Source: a virus
Taxonomy: Duplodnaviria > Caudoviricetes
Length of the DNA: 29,281 bases
Reading direction: 5' to 3' (one strand)
Virus record (IMG/VR): IMGVR_UViG_3300020042_007467
Coordinates: 1 to 29,281 of that record
Part shown: piece by piece, positions 10,018-17,582 of the stretch
Numbering within the stretch: the stretch's first letter is position 1
Layout: every line of letters starts with the position of its first letter
Position numbers and translations under genes: made by a program
The notes under the pieces: generated by a model
Database searches by the model: none
Told to the model about the DNA's origin: nothing
The model's input: only the letters and a program-made list of their open reading frames with translations

Positions 10018-10604
10018 AAAAAACCGGCATCAGTCACCACGTTAAAGTAGGAGTTAGCCAGGGTTAGTTGTTGCATGGTTTCGATCAGAACCCCCCAAGA
10101 GTCAACCGGGATGGTGTCACGAATAGTTAAAATGTCTTCAACGCTGAACTCTGAATCATCTTCGTTACCCTCAGCATCAGCAACCTTAACAATGTTCTTA
10201 GCAACCAGGTAAGACAGGTAATGTTTAGTCCACTCAGGTGTAGAAGACTCTTCTTCCTCATCTGGGCAAGCCTCATCAGCTGCTTTCATAGCATCTTCGA
10301 CAACACCCTGGCCAACGCCACGCATAGTGAAAGTTAGGCGAGAATCTTTGATCTTTTGCACAAGGGAAGCTGCTTCGGCTTCAAGCCGATCAAACTCTTC
10401 CTGATTTTCGAGGCCGCCGATCTCATTCATGCGCTCGCGGATAATCTCCAGCTGAAAAGCTGAGTTGGCATCAATGTAAACATCGATCGACTTCTGTGGG
10501 AAGGATCGGCCCTTGATAGCGTCAGCTAAATTAAATTTACCCTTTTTCTGGGCTTCATCAACAAGGTTAATAACGTTGTCGATCTCTTTTGTTTCTTCTG
10601 TCAT
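10005..10604 (-). CDS. Tail assembly chaperone (G-like)
   Basis: Acidic 199-aa ORF between major tail and tape measure. Start placed at ATG 10604 (AAAGAAAGG upstream); ends DAGFLPKS across the slippery site. Confidence 0.85.
   Translation of the reverse strand: MTEETKEIDNVINLVDEAQKKGKFNLADAIKGRSFPQKSIDVYIDANSAFQLEIIRERMNEIGGLENQEEFDRLEAEAASLVQKIKDSRLTFTMRGVGQGVVEDAMKAADEACPDEEEESSTPEWTKHYLSYLVAKNIVKVADAEGNEDDSEFSVEDILTIRDTIPVDSWGVLIETMQQLTLANSYFNVVTDAGFLPKS
10017..10023 (-). other. Programmed -1 frameshift heptamer U UUU UUA
   Basis: In-frame ggT TTT TTA fits X XXY YYZ; a -1 shift joins the two chaperone ORFs, as in lambda G/GT-type genes. Confidence 0.85.
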
Positions 10605-10635
10605 AATGCGCCTTTCTTTCATACCCATTCATTTA

Positions 10636-10682
10636 AAGCTAAAGACAGGGAGAGGTGAATGGGCGCAAAACCTCTCCCTGTC
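10636..10682 (-). terminator. 13-bp hairpin after major tail gene (terminator/attenuator-like)
   Basis: GACAGGGAGAGGT (10682-10670), 13-nt loop, ACCTCTCCCTGTC (10656-10644), then TTTAGCTTT. Confidence 0.7.
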
Positions 10683-10693
10683 AGCTTAGTTAG

Positions 10694-11764
10694 TTAAGCT
10701 GCGGCTGTTTTCCAAACGCCCAAGAGACCTTGAGGCTGGAAGTTTACCATAAACTTAACGCTGTCTTCACCCTCGGTGTTGTCCATAACTGCGTCAGCAG
10801 TGAACTTGAACACGTTTGCTTTTTCGCCAGAAGCTAGAGCAGCGGTTCCGCCACCGATCCTAGTAACTAGGTAGCCGTTAACGCGAGCGTTAGTGGCAGC
10901 CTTGAAGGTTTCAAAAGCGGTGTAGTATGCACCTGTGGTTTCCGAAGTGATACCGCGGAAGAATGTTAGCGATCCAGCGAACTGAGCAAAACCGCGGGCC
11001 TGAGCATTAGCAGCATCTGCAATACCCTTGTCATCGATCTTGTTCGAGTCAGTTGCACCAAGCTCGTAACCATCCCAAGCAATTGCTGGAGTTAGGTTTA
11101 CAGCAGCGTTAACAATTGTAGCTGAAGGAGTGGCTAGGAATGTAGCTTCGTTTGAAACGCTAGCGTTAGGAACCCACCATACAGCAACGTTTGCGTTCGA
11201 CTGCATCTTTGTGCCAACTGTAGCAGCAAGAGCTGGTCCAGCCCCGGCAGTGCCAGCAGCAGGAACAATGTTCACAGCAACTTCACCAGTGGTTAGGAAA
11301 CGTGCACCAAGCATGATCATTGCGCCATCAGCAACAATGTCAACCGGGATATCAGTTGTTACACCGTAGATGCTGAAGGTGTCAGTTACAGCCCAAGCTG
11401 CATCGTGCGCCTTACCAATACGCTTGATTAGGTAATACTTTGTTCCAGCAGCAACAGTGAAAAGGTCGCGGAACTTGTTGTAAACCGATGTAGCTGAGGT
11501 GCTTGAATCGCGGAAGCCATCGAAAGATGCTTCGTAGTTGTAAAGGGTTGGTGTTGAAACCTGAGCCGAGTCAGTCATAGACAGCGAAGTGTCTAGGTCA
11601 GAGTCAGTCATATTTAGTGTGTATCCGTCAGCGATTGCTGGCGAAACGTTAAAGACCTTTGTTGGGGCAGTTAGTTCTGCTAGTGTAGGTGCAGCCCAGT
11701 TTGCAAAAGCATCTGCAGCGGCAACAAATATACCAACGTTAGGTCGAAGCAGCTTTGTAGGCAT
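10694..11764 (-). CDS. Major tail (tube) protein with tandem duplicated domain
   Basis: 356 aa. AAPTLAELTA and NVSPAI-ADGYTLNMTDSD recur in the second half as ATPSATIVNA and NLTPAIAWDGYELGATDSN. AAGGA SD; lies before the chaperones. Confidence 0.9.
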   Translation of the reverse strand: MPTKLLRPNVGIFVAAADAFANWAAPTLAELTAPTKVFNVSPAIADGYTLNMTDSDLDTSLSMTDSAQVSTPTLYNYEASFDGFRDSSTSATSVYNKFRDLFTVAAGTKYYLIKRIGKAHDAAWAVTDTFSIYGVTTDIPVDIVADGAMIMLGARFLTTGEVAVNIVPAAGTAGAGPALAATVGTKMQSNANVAVWWVPNASVSNEATFLATPSATIVNAAVNLTPAIAWDGYELGATDSNKIDDKGIADAANAQARGFAQFAGSLTFFRGITSETTGAYYTAFETFKAATNARVNGYLVTRIGGGTAALASGEKANVFKFTADAVMDNTEGEDSVKFMVNFQPQGLLGVWKTAAA

Positions 11765-11780
11765 TTTCTATTCCTTAGTT

Positions 11781-11978
11781 TTACTTAGTAGTTTCAGGCT
11801 TTGCCAAAATTGGCTCGGCCTCTGGAGCTGGCTGCTCCTTGGTTTTTGTTTCTTTATTTGGTGCAGCCTGAACTTCATCTTCTACAAGAATAAGGTTCTT
11901 GCCCAAAATTGGGTTGTTTAAATAGTGGTCTGGAACGATACTAAAAACATCGGTCTCCACATTTTTTACATAAAGCAT
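11781..11978 (-). CDS. Small hypothetical virion-module protein (65 aa)
   Basis: GAAGGA SD; low-complexity K/E/P tail; sits between tail terminator and major tail. Confidence 0.7.
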   Translation of the reverse strand: MLYVKNVETDVFSIVPDHYLNNPILGKNLILVEDEVQAAPNKETKTKEQPAPEAEPILAKPETTK

Positions 11979-12002
11979 TTTAATCCTTCCATGCTATTCT
12001 CT

Positions 12003-12011
12003 ATTTTACCA
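12003..12011 (-). promoter_or_regulatory. Putative extended -10 promoter (TG-G-TAAAAT) for the major tail unit
   Basis: TGGTAAAAT overlaps the upstream stop codon, just before the SD of the 11978 ORF. Confidence 0.5.
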
Positions 12012-12428
12012 TACAATGTTTACCGGATACACGAAAGAGAGCTCAGAAGCAAAGCGGTTAGGCTTAGCATCCTTGATCGTATACCTGCGATTACCATCGA
12101 TTTTCATTTCACCAGAGTTAATTGGGACATACCCAAGCAACTTATCACGAACAAGTTGAGCAACCTGGCGAGAAGATCTTTCAGTTGGGGCAACGCACAC
12201 AACATCAACATAGCTGTCTTTAGTGTCGTATTTGGTTGATAGGATCCCACTAGAATCGGCTGAATCATAAACATCAGAGTAGATCACAACAATGTAGGGT
12301 AGGATCATTCCGTTAGCATCAAAGCGTAGCTTTGAATCTTCAGGAGCTTCCGACTCATAAACATCTTGAGCTAACTGGTTTAAACGACTTGTAATGTTAT
12401 CTTGAATCGCCAGTAAATCTAAACTCAT
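12006..12428 (-). CDS. Tail terminator protein
   Basis: 140 aa; PYIVV and VDVVCVAPTERSSRQVAQLVRDKLLGY resemble actinophage tail terminators; synteny agrees. Confidence 0.75.
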   Translation of the reverse strand: MSLDLLAIQDNITSRLNQLAQDVYESEAPEDSKLRFDANGMILPYIVVIYSDVYDSADSSGILSTKYDTKDSYVDVVCVAPTERSSRQVAQLVRDKLLGYVPINSGEMKIDGNRRYTIKDAKPNRFASELSFVYPVNIVW

Positions 12429-13141
12429 CTTGTATACCTTCCACTAAACCCACCCTTATCGGTGTAGTTCCTCATAAACTGTAGCATCTTCTCAGGGGCT
12501 TTTGGTGCGGTCTTTCTGTAGCCACGCTGAATAGCACGCATCGCTCCAACAGTTTCCGTCCCACGTTCCTGAAAGTCAAAGTATTTGTAAAACTTTCTAG
12601 TCCAACCCACAGTGATCGAAATTCCGTTAGCGGTTTTACGCTTACGAAAGTCCACAGCGTTATACATATCGCCTGTGTCGTAACGAAAACTTTTTGGAGC
12701 ATTAAGAGGGTTACGAATACCATCACGAACATTATCAATACCGATACGCCCAAGATCTGGGGCAAGGTCAGCATAAACTGCATCCCTGAAGCGCTCAGTG
12801 TTATAAGCCGACTTGATAGCTGCCCGATACTCGTTAGCACCCTTTTCGTCATCCTCAAGCTGAATGCTAATCATCTTATTACTAATGTTTTTACCAGGAC
12901 TTTTCTTGGCCTCAGCATACATGTTGTTAATAAAGTTACCTAAATAAAGTTTAGCAGAGTTCATGCTTTGAGTGAAATCAGCAAAGTCTATAGTTATCTG
13001 AAAAGTATCATCGGATCCAGTGCGATCGTTGGAATAACCTTCACCAGTTTTAGGTCTACCACTAGCATACTTTTTGCGAGTCGCAGAAATAGCTTTAGTT
13101 GACTTTTCGCGAGACCTAGAAACGCTACTGTATCTAGCCAT
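12425..13141 (-). CDS. Neck/tail-completion protein (HK97 gp10-like position)
   Basis: 238 aa; RYDTGDMYNAV...VGW...YFDFQERGT...GAMRAI resembles gp10-like motifs; long basic N-terminus. Confidence 0.6.
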   Translation of the reverse strand: MARYSSVSRSREKSTKAISATRKKYASGRPKTGEGYSNDRTGSDDTFQITIDFADFTQSMNSAKLYLGNFINNMYAEAKKSPGKNISNKMISIQLEDDEKGANEYRAAIKSAYNTERFRDAVYADLAPDLGRIGIDNVRDGIRNPLNAPKSFRYDTGDMYNAVDFRKRKTANGISITVGWTRKFYKYFDFQERGTETVGAMRAIQRGYRKTAPKAPEKMLQFMRNYTDKGGFSGRYTR

Positions 13142-13143
13142 GG

Positions 13144-13623
13144 TTAAACTTCCGTAGGATCTAGTTCTGTATCAACCCGGCACAACAACGTGCGTTCCCA
13201 AGCGTTGCTAGAGTTCATCACACTAACAACTGTGTAAATAAAACTCTCAAGAGATTCGTTAAAAGGTGAATCGGTAACAATCATACGATCATTAGGTCTA
13301 AAGTCTGGCATTTCAGCAGTAACCCCAGGTTGTTCGTTGCGGCCATAAGCAAGTTGAACTTTAATATTCTGAAACAATGTTGGGTTGTAAACATCGCCAG
13401 CATCGCCAGCTGCACCAATAGGTTGAATGCGAGCTTTGCCTTTCCACAAAATAGTTTTAGTTCCAGTCCAAGTATTTGTGGTGGCGTTATAAACTTGAGA
13501 TACAGAATTAGGATTATAGATTTCCACAGAGGCAAGGTGTAGCGAAAGAGCCACGCTTCTGTTATGTGTTATCCAGCGTGGATCAATCGCGCCTCGCGAA
13601 TTTAAACCCAATAGTCTCCCCAT
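13144..13623 (-). CDS. Head-to-tail stopper / head closure protein
   Basis: 159 aa; YNATTNTWT...LWKGKARIQP motif; follows the adaptor. Exact start uncertain. Confidence 0.65.
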   Translation of the reverse strand: MGRLLGLNSRGAIDPRWITHNRSVALSLHLASVEIYNPNSVSQVYNATTNTWTGTKTILWKGKARIQPIGAAGDAGDVYNPTLFQNIKVQLAYGRNEQPGVTAEMPDFRPNDRMIVTDSPFNESLESFIYTVVSVMNSSNAWERTLLCRVDTELDPTEV

Positions 13624-13997
13624 TTACCTGTATAGTCTACGACAGTAAAAGTGTCGTAAGATTCAGCCAAGTCGTCTTTGTCAGCTTCATCCTGCAATGC
13701 TTTAGCCTGGGCGCGAAGTTCGGCTCCAAGTTTTGCGCCATCAGTAGTGTAATCAGTTGTGCGAATAACCTTGTTGATCAAAGTTTCACTAGTGGCAAGA
13801 ACAAGCTTAGCTTGAGCTGCAGCTCGTTTCACATTGCTTCCGTAAAGCGAAACAAAAGCTTGAATCTGGGCATCCGAAAAAATGTATTCATCCGGGGCAG
13901 AAAGGTTTTGAAGATTCTCTAACTGCTCAACATCTGGGATCAGTAAGCGAACCTGGCCAATAGCAGTGGAATAGTTTGGGGGCGTAATGTCTGGCAT
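13602..13997 (-). CDS. Head-to-tail adaptor
   Basis: 131 aa; IGQVRLLIPD...YIFSDAQIQAF...NVKRAAA motif of actinophage adaptors; apparently leaderless. Confidence 0.8.
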   Translation of the reverse strand: MPDITPPNYSTAIGQVRLLIPDVEQLENLQNLSAPDEYIFSDAQIQAFVSLYGSNVKRAAAQAKLVLATSETLINKVIRTTDYTTDGAKLGAELRAQAKALQDEADKDDLAESYDTFTVVDYTGKWGDYWV

Positions 13998-14001
13998 GAG
14001 T

Positions 14002-14018
14002 CTATTGTATCTTATCTA
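14002..14018 (-). promoter_or_regulatory. Putative leaderless promoter (TAGATAAGA-TACAAT-N6-ATG)
   Basis: TACAAT at 14009-14004, 6 nt before ATG 13997; no SD. Confidence 0.65.
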
Positions 14019-14144
14019 TTATGCTGGATTGCTTATATCTAGGCCACAGCAACAAATAACTGTGTCGCTCATACCTTCTTCAAGGGGAATAGTAACTTCA
14101 ATATTGAAGTTAGGGCAATTTTCGTTAACGCATTTTACTGTCAT
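14019..14144 (-). CDS. Cys-rich microprotein (41 aa) after the collagen fibre gene
   Basis: MTVKCVNENCPNFNIEVTIPLEEGMSDTVICCCGLDISNPA. ATG is 1 nt after the upstream stop; not in the ORF track. Confidence 0.7.
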   Translation of the reverse strand: MTVKCVNENCPNFNIEVTIPLEEGMSDTVICCCGLDISNPA

Positions 14145-14145
14145 G

Positions 14146-15948
14146 TTATCCCGCCGATGTTGTTGAAGTCATTTGTATTCCATGAAGAGTTACAGTAGTT
14201 GCTGTGCTTGAAGCAGAACCACCAGCCCAAACATAAACAGGAACCGAGTAAATACCTCCTGAAAGGGTAATGTTTGCGGTTGTTACGCTTGTTCGAGTGG
14301 TTGCACCGCTAGTTGCGGTAGCAAGAATTGCTGGAGCAACACTAAAGCGATTTACTGGAAAACTCATTATTCCGTTACCAGTAATGCTACCACTAACAAT
14401 GGCTTGTGAGTAGGGGACGATTACGTTTGCGGTTGAACTCAGATCTCCTGAGCTTGATACTGACACAACTCCTGGTCCACCTAGTGTTCCAATGTTAGTT
14501 ATTTCTGAGGTGGTTATGCTGGCAGATAAAGCCGTTCCAGTTAGTGTATTAGCAGCATGAGTGTGGTTGCCAAGTGCAACAGTCGTGCCAGTTGTTCCTG
14601 TCGGAATGCGACCAATCGCAAAAGTTCCGCTAGTAACATCAGCAGTATCGTGAGTATGCCCAACTACTGAGATACCCGCTTCCGCAGCTGTCTGATTCTT
14701 CCACAAGCCAGAAGTAGAGTCATAAGCCATAACCTCGTTATCGGCAGGTGCTTCAATCAGAACATCGTGAAGTTCGCGGAACTCAAAACCATTCTGAGGC
14801 TTTACGAAGATCTCGCCGTTGTTGCTCTGCGCGCGAGTAACAACACCAATAAATACAAGGTGCGCGGGAGCCACAGGCTTATTAACTAAACCATAAATAA
14901 GGTTGCCAGCGGTTCCAAGCCACACAGGGTCGCCAGCAGTAGCAGTTGAAGTATCAAGCCCAGAAAGTAAACCTTCAGCAACCAACTTAACCTTAGCGTT
15001 AGTTGATCCACCCAACTCAAGCAAACCCAAAGTCTTAGAAGAAGTCGCTTCAGTAGCGTTAGAAGCCTTAGAAACAATCATGTTAGTTCCGTCAGCGGAA
15101 CTCACATAAACTGCTTGACCTTTAGCAATGGCCTCACCAAGTTTAACTTCGTGCTTAACCTGAGAAGTCCAGTTAGCGTAGTTATCAATCCAAGTTGTGT
15201 TGTAGTTTGTGCCATCAAGCTTGGCAAGGATTTGGCCAGCATCGCCACCAGTTGGAATGCCAACACCAGCAGGACCAGTCGCTCCTGTTGCACCAGTGGC
15301 ACCAGTAGCTCCAGTTGCTCCAGTCGCACCCACAAGGCTAGCAAGCCATTCAGCTTCAGTGCCAGTAAAACCTTCAAGTTGTGCAACCTGATAAGCGCTA
15401 AAACCGTTTGGACCTTGGCTACCAGTAGCACCAGTAGCACCTGTGTCACCCTTAGCACCAGTCGCACCAGTATCTCCCTTGGCACCCGGTATACCTTGGA
15501 TACCTTGGATACCCTGATCACCAGTTAAACCAGTATCACCTTTGACACCAGGGATACCCTGTATACCTTGAATACCCTGAATGCCTTGGTCGCCAGTATC
15601 GCCCTTAGCACCTGGTATGCCTTGAATACCCTGAATACCTTGATCGCCTTTAGCGCCCGGAGCCCCATCGGTTCCATTAGTTCCATTAGTTCCATTCGTT
15701 CCATTGGTTCCATTGGTTCCATTAGTGCCATCAGCACCCGGCAAACCTTGATCCCCAGCTGGGCCTTGAGGCCCCTGAGGACCTGCTGGACCCTGAGGAC
15801 CTGCTGGACCAACCTCACCAGAAGTGGAAGAGTCGGAACCCCCACCGCCACCAAAGGGCCGCTTATCAAGCCTCTTAATTTCTTTTTCAACCTTGTCGCC
15901 CCACTCCTGTGATTGCGCCGGAAGATTACTATCAGGAAAGATTATCAT
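14146..15948 (-). CDS. Collagen-like fibre protein with capsid-cement-like domain
   Basis: 600 aa. Long Gly-X-Y tract, SAYQVAQLEGFTGTEAEWLASL linker, GQILAK...YNTTW motif, cement-like segment (EAIAKGQAVYV...GDPVWL...FIGVV) and HTH fibre repeats. Confidence 0.85.
   Translation of the reverse strand: MIIFPDSNLPAQSQEWGDKVEKEIKRLDKRPFGGGGGSDSSTSGEVGPAGPQGPAGPQGPQGPAGDQGLPGADGTNGTNGTNGTNGTNGTNGTDGAPGAKGDQGIQGIQGIPGAKGDTGDQGIQGIQGIQGIPGVKGDTGLTGDQGIQGIQGIPGAKGDTGATGAKGDTGATGATGSQGPNGFSAYQVAQLEGFTGTEAEWLASLVGATGATGATGATGATGATGPAGVGIPTGGDAGQILAKLDGTNYNTTWIDNYANWTSQVKHEVKLGEAIAKGQAVYVSSADGTNMIVSKASNATEATSSKTLGLLELGGSTNAKVKLVAEGLLSGLDTSTATAGDPVWLGTAGNLIYGLVNKPVAPAHLVFIGVVTRAQSNNGEIFVKPQNGFEFRELHDVLIEAPADNEVMAYDSTSGLWKNQTAAEAGISVVGHTHDTADVTSGTFAIGRIPTGTTGTTVALGNHTHAANTLTGTALSASITTSEITNIGTLGGPGVVSVSSSGDLSSTANVIVPYSQAIVSGSITGNGIMSFPVNRFSVAPAILATATSGATTRTSVTTANITLSGGIYSVPVYVWAGGSASSTATTVTLHGIQMTSTTSAG
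15268..15819 (-). repeat. Gly-X-Y coding tandem repeats
   Basis: (GTN)n 9-bp repeats at about 15669-15726, three GDQGIQGIQGI..GxKGDTG blocks, and (GAT)n at about 15277-15330. Confidence 0.9.
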
Positions 15949-15954
15949 TCAACC

Positions 15955-15963
15955 ATTCTATCA
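15955..15963 (-). promoter_or_regulatory. Putative leaderless promoter (TG-A-TAGAAT-N6-ATG)
   Basis: Extended -10 lies 6 nt before ATG 15948; no SD. Confidence 0.7.
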
Positions 15964-15964
15964 T

Positions 15965-16043
15965 AAAAGTAAAGACCGCCCCGGAGAAAAAATCTCAACA
16001 GGGCGGTCTGTAACACACACAGCAGGAAAGGAGGTAACCTGCT
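15965..16043 (-). ncRNA. Candidate small RNA with anti-Shine-Dalgarno loop
   Basis: Predicted start 16043/16042 after TGTGGTATAAT. Hairpin AGCAGG-UUACCUCCUUU-CCUGCU, linker GUGUGUGUUAC, GC-rich hairpin AGACCGCCC...GGGCGGUCU, then UUACUUUU. No credible ORF. Confidence 0.7.
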
Positions 16044-16048
16044 CTAAT

Positions 16049-16059
16049 ATTATACCACA
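16049..16059 (-). promoter_or_regulatory. Extended -10 promoter TGTGGTATAAT (candidate sRNA promoter)
   Basis: Identical 11-mer at 18620-18610 and a one-base variant at 20092-20082; lies just downstream of the capsid terminator. Confidence 0.75.
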
Positions 16060-16061
16060 AC

Positions 16062-16096
16062 AATAAAGAAAACCCCCACCGAAGTGAGGGTTCTCT
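16062..16096 (-). terminator. Intrinsic terminator after major capsid gene
   Basis: AGAGAACCCUCAC-UUCG-GUGGGGGUUUUCU-UUAUU: cUUCGg tetraloop, 12 nt after the stop. Confidence 0.85.
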
Positions 16097-16108
16097 TTTG
16101 TGAAGCTA

Positions 16109-17209
16109 TTAGCTGCCAGCACCAGTCGATGCGATAGTTCCAGCAGGAACTAGGAAGCCACCAGTAGCAATGTGACGGATTCTCATCTCGAAGTCGTCAT
16201 TGTCGAAGCCACCCTCGCGAGCAGGAACTGCACCGCCACCAAGGTAGGTTCCGCCGTTAGCCTTAACACGAAGCTCAGGAGCCTCGTAGCCACGAAGGAA
16301 TCCAAGTGCAACACCTGGGTTTAGCGACTGGCTTGGAACTGGAATTAGGAACCAGTAAGCGCCAGCACCCGAGTTGATCTTCATGATCCAGTCGTTAACA
16401 ACGATCTCAACCTGTGAACCGATTGGGTTACCAGTGATAGTCTTTGTTACGATCGAACCAACAGTAGCCGAAGTTTCTACAGTCTGAACTGCAAGAATCT
16501 TGCGAGCGGTTAGCTCAAGTGAACGAGGAATAACCAAAGCGAAACGAGTTACAGGGCTAATCAAGCTACCGTTGAAGGTCTGTAGGTTAGCTGCCTGGAT
16601 AGCCTTCTCTAGGTTCTCTAGAGTTAGCGCACCGTTACCTGAGAACAGGTTTTGGTTAGTTCCGTTGAAGTTAGTGGTGTTTAGACCAGAGGTAGCAACA
16701 AGCTGCTTAGTAACTTCTTCATCTTCTTTTCCAGCTGCCTTCTGAGCAAGCTCAATAGGTAGACGCTCAAGAAGCGAAATGTTGCCATCGTTTACGATTG
16801 CTTCCCATGAGAAACGGATACGCTGACCGGCTTTCTTAACAGAAAGAGTCTTCTCCGTAACAGCAAACCAACCAGCAGTAGGGTATTCGTCATACTCTCC
16901 AACAGTTGGAAGCGATCCATCGCGGAACGTGTCACCCTGGTTGTTCTTGCCGTCATCATCATATGAAAGAGACATAAATGTTTGTGGGCGGAAGTCATCA
17001 AGAACTAGACGAGAAGCAAAACGGTCCCAAACTTTTGGCTGGACTGCGTAGTTCTCAAGAAGAATCTTGTTGATAGTTGGGGCAAGCTGAACTGGTAGGT
17101 CGCTCGTAGAGATACCTTCCTGAAGCTTAAGCTTGTCCATGCGGTCGCCGCGAAGGGCACCTTCGAGAAGCTTAGCAGCTTCTACTTGACGTGCGGTAAT
17201 GTTTTCCAT
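16109..17209 (-). CDS. Major capsid protein
   Basis: 366 aa. EGISTSDLP, LPTVGEYDEYP, KKAGQRIRFSWEAIVND and GGFDNDDFEMRIRH are Mu gpT-like capsid motifs; followed by a strong terminator. Confidence 0.92.
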   Translation of the reverse strand: MENITARQVEAAKLLEGALRGDRMDKLKLQEGISTSDLPVQLAPTINKILLENYAVQPKVWDRFASRLVLDDFRPQTFMSLSYDDDGKNNQGDTFRDGSLPTVGEYDEYPTAGWFAVTEKTLSVKKAGQRIRFSWEAIVNDGNISLLERLPIELAQKAAGKEDEEVTKQLVATSGLNTTNFNGTNQNLFSGNGALTLENLEKAIQAANLQTFNGSLISPVTRFALVIPRSLELTARKILAVQTVETSATVGSIVTKTITGNPIGSQVEIVVNDWIMKINSGAGAYWFLIPVPSQSLNPGVALGFLRGYEAPELRVKANGGTYLGGGAVPAREGGFDNDDFEMRIRHIATGGFLVPAGTIASTGAGS

Positions 17210-17224
17210 GATTTAACCTATTCC

Positions 17225-17569
17225 TTATGCGCCGGAGACGTGCAAACGAACGAAAACTGGACCAGAAGTGCTGGTAGTCTTAGCTGCAATTGCGTGACCG
17301 ATGAACTTGTTACCAGAAGCTGTCACGTTAATGACACCAGCTGAAGTAACATATACTGCCTGACCAACTGTAACTGCTACAAGTGTGGACAGCTTGAAAA
17401 CACCGTTCATTTTGATGGTGGCATAAGTGTTGCCATCTTCGCCTGTAACAGCATCGTTTTGTGCAACACCGATTAGCTGACCAACCTGAACCAAGTCGCC
17501 TGAGTTAACAGTGCTGGCTACAGGAAGGACAAGCTCGTTGCCATTTGTGTAAATCTCGTTAAGAGCCAT
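17225..17569 (-). CDS. Capsid cement/decoration protein (DUF2190-like)
   Basis: 114 aa; VNSGDLVQVGQLIGVA...GVF...VGQAVY...FIGHA; between scaffold and major capsid. Confidence 0.8.
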   Translation of the reverse strand: MALNEIYTNGNELVLPVASTVNSGDLVQVGQLIGVAQNDAVTGEDGNTYATIKMNGVFKLSTLVAVTVGQAVYVTSAGVINVTASGNKFIGHAIAAKTTSTSGPVFVRLHVSGA

Positions 17570-17582
17570 TTACTTTTTCCTT

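Noticed and set aside
16021-16050. AAAGGAGGT on the plus strand as the SD of a plus-strand gene
   Set aside because: No ATG, GTG or TTG at a usable distance; flanking promoter and terminators point to the minus strand.
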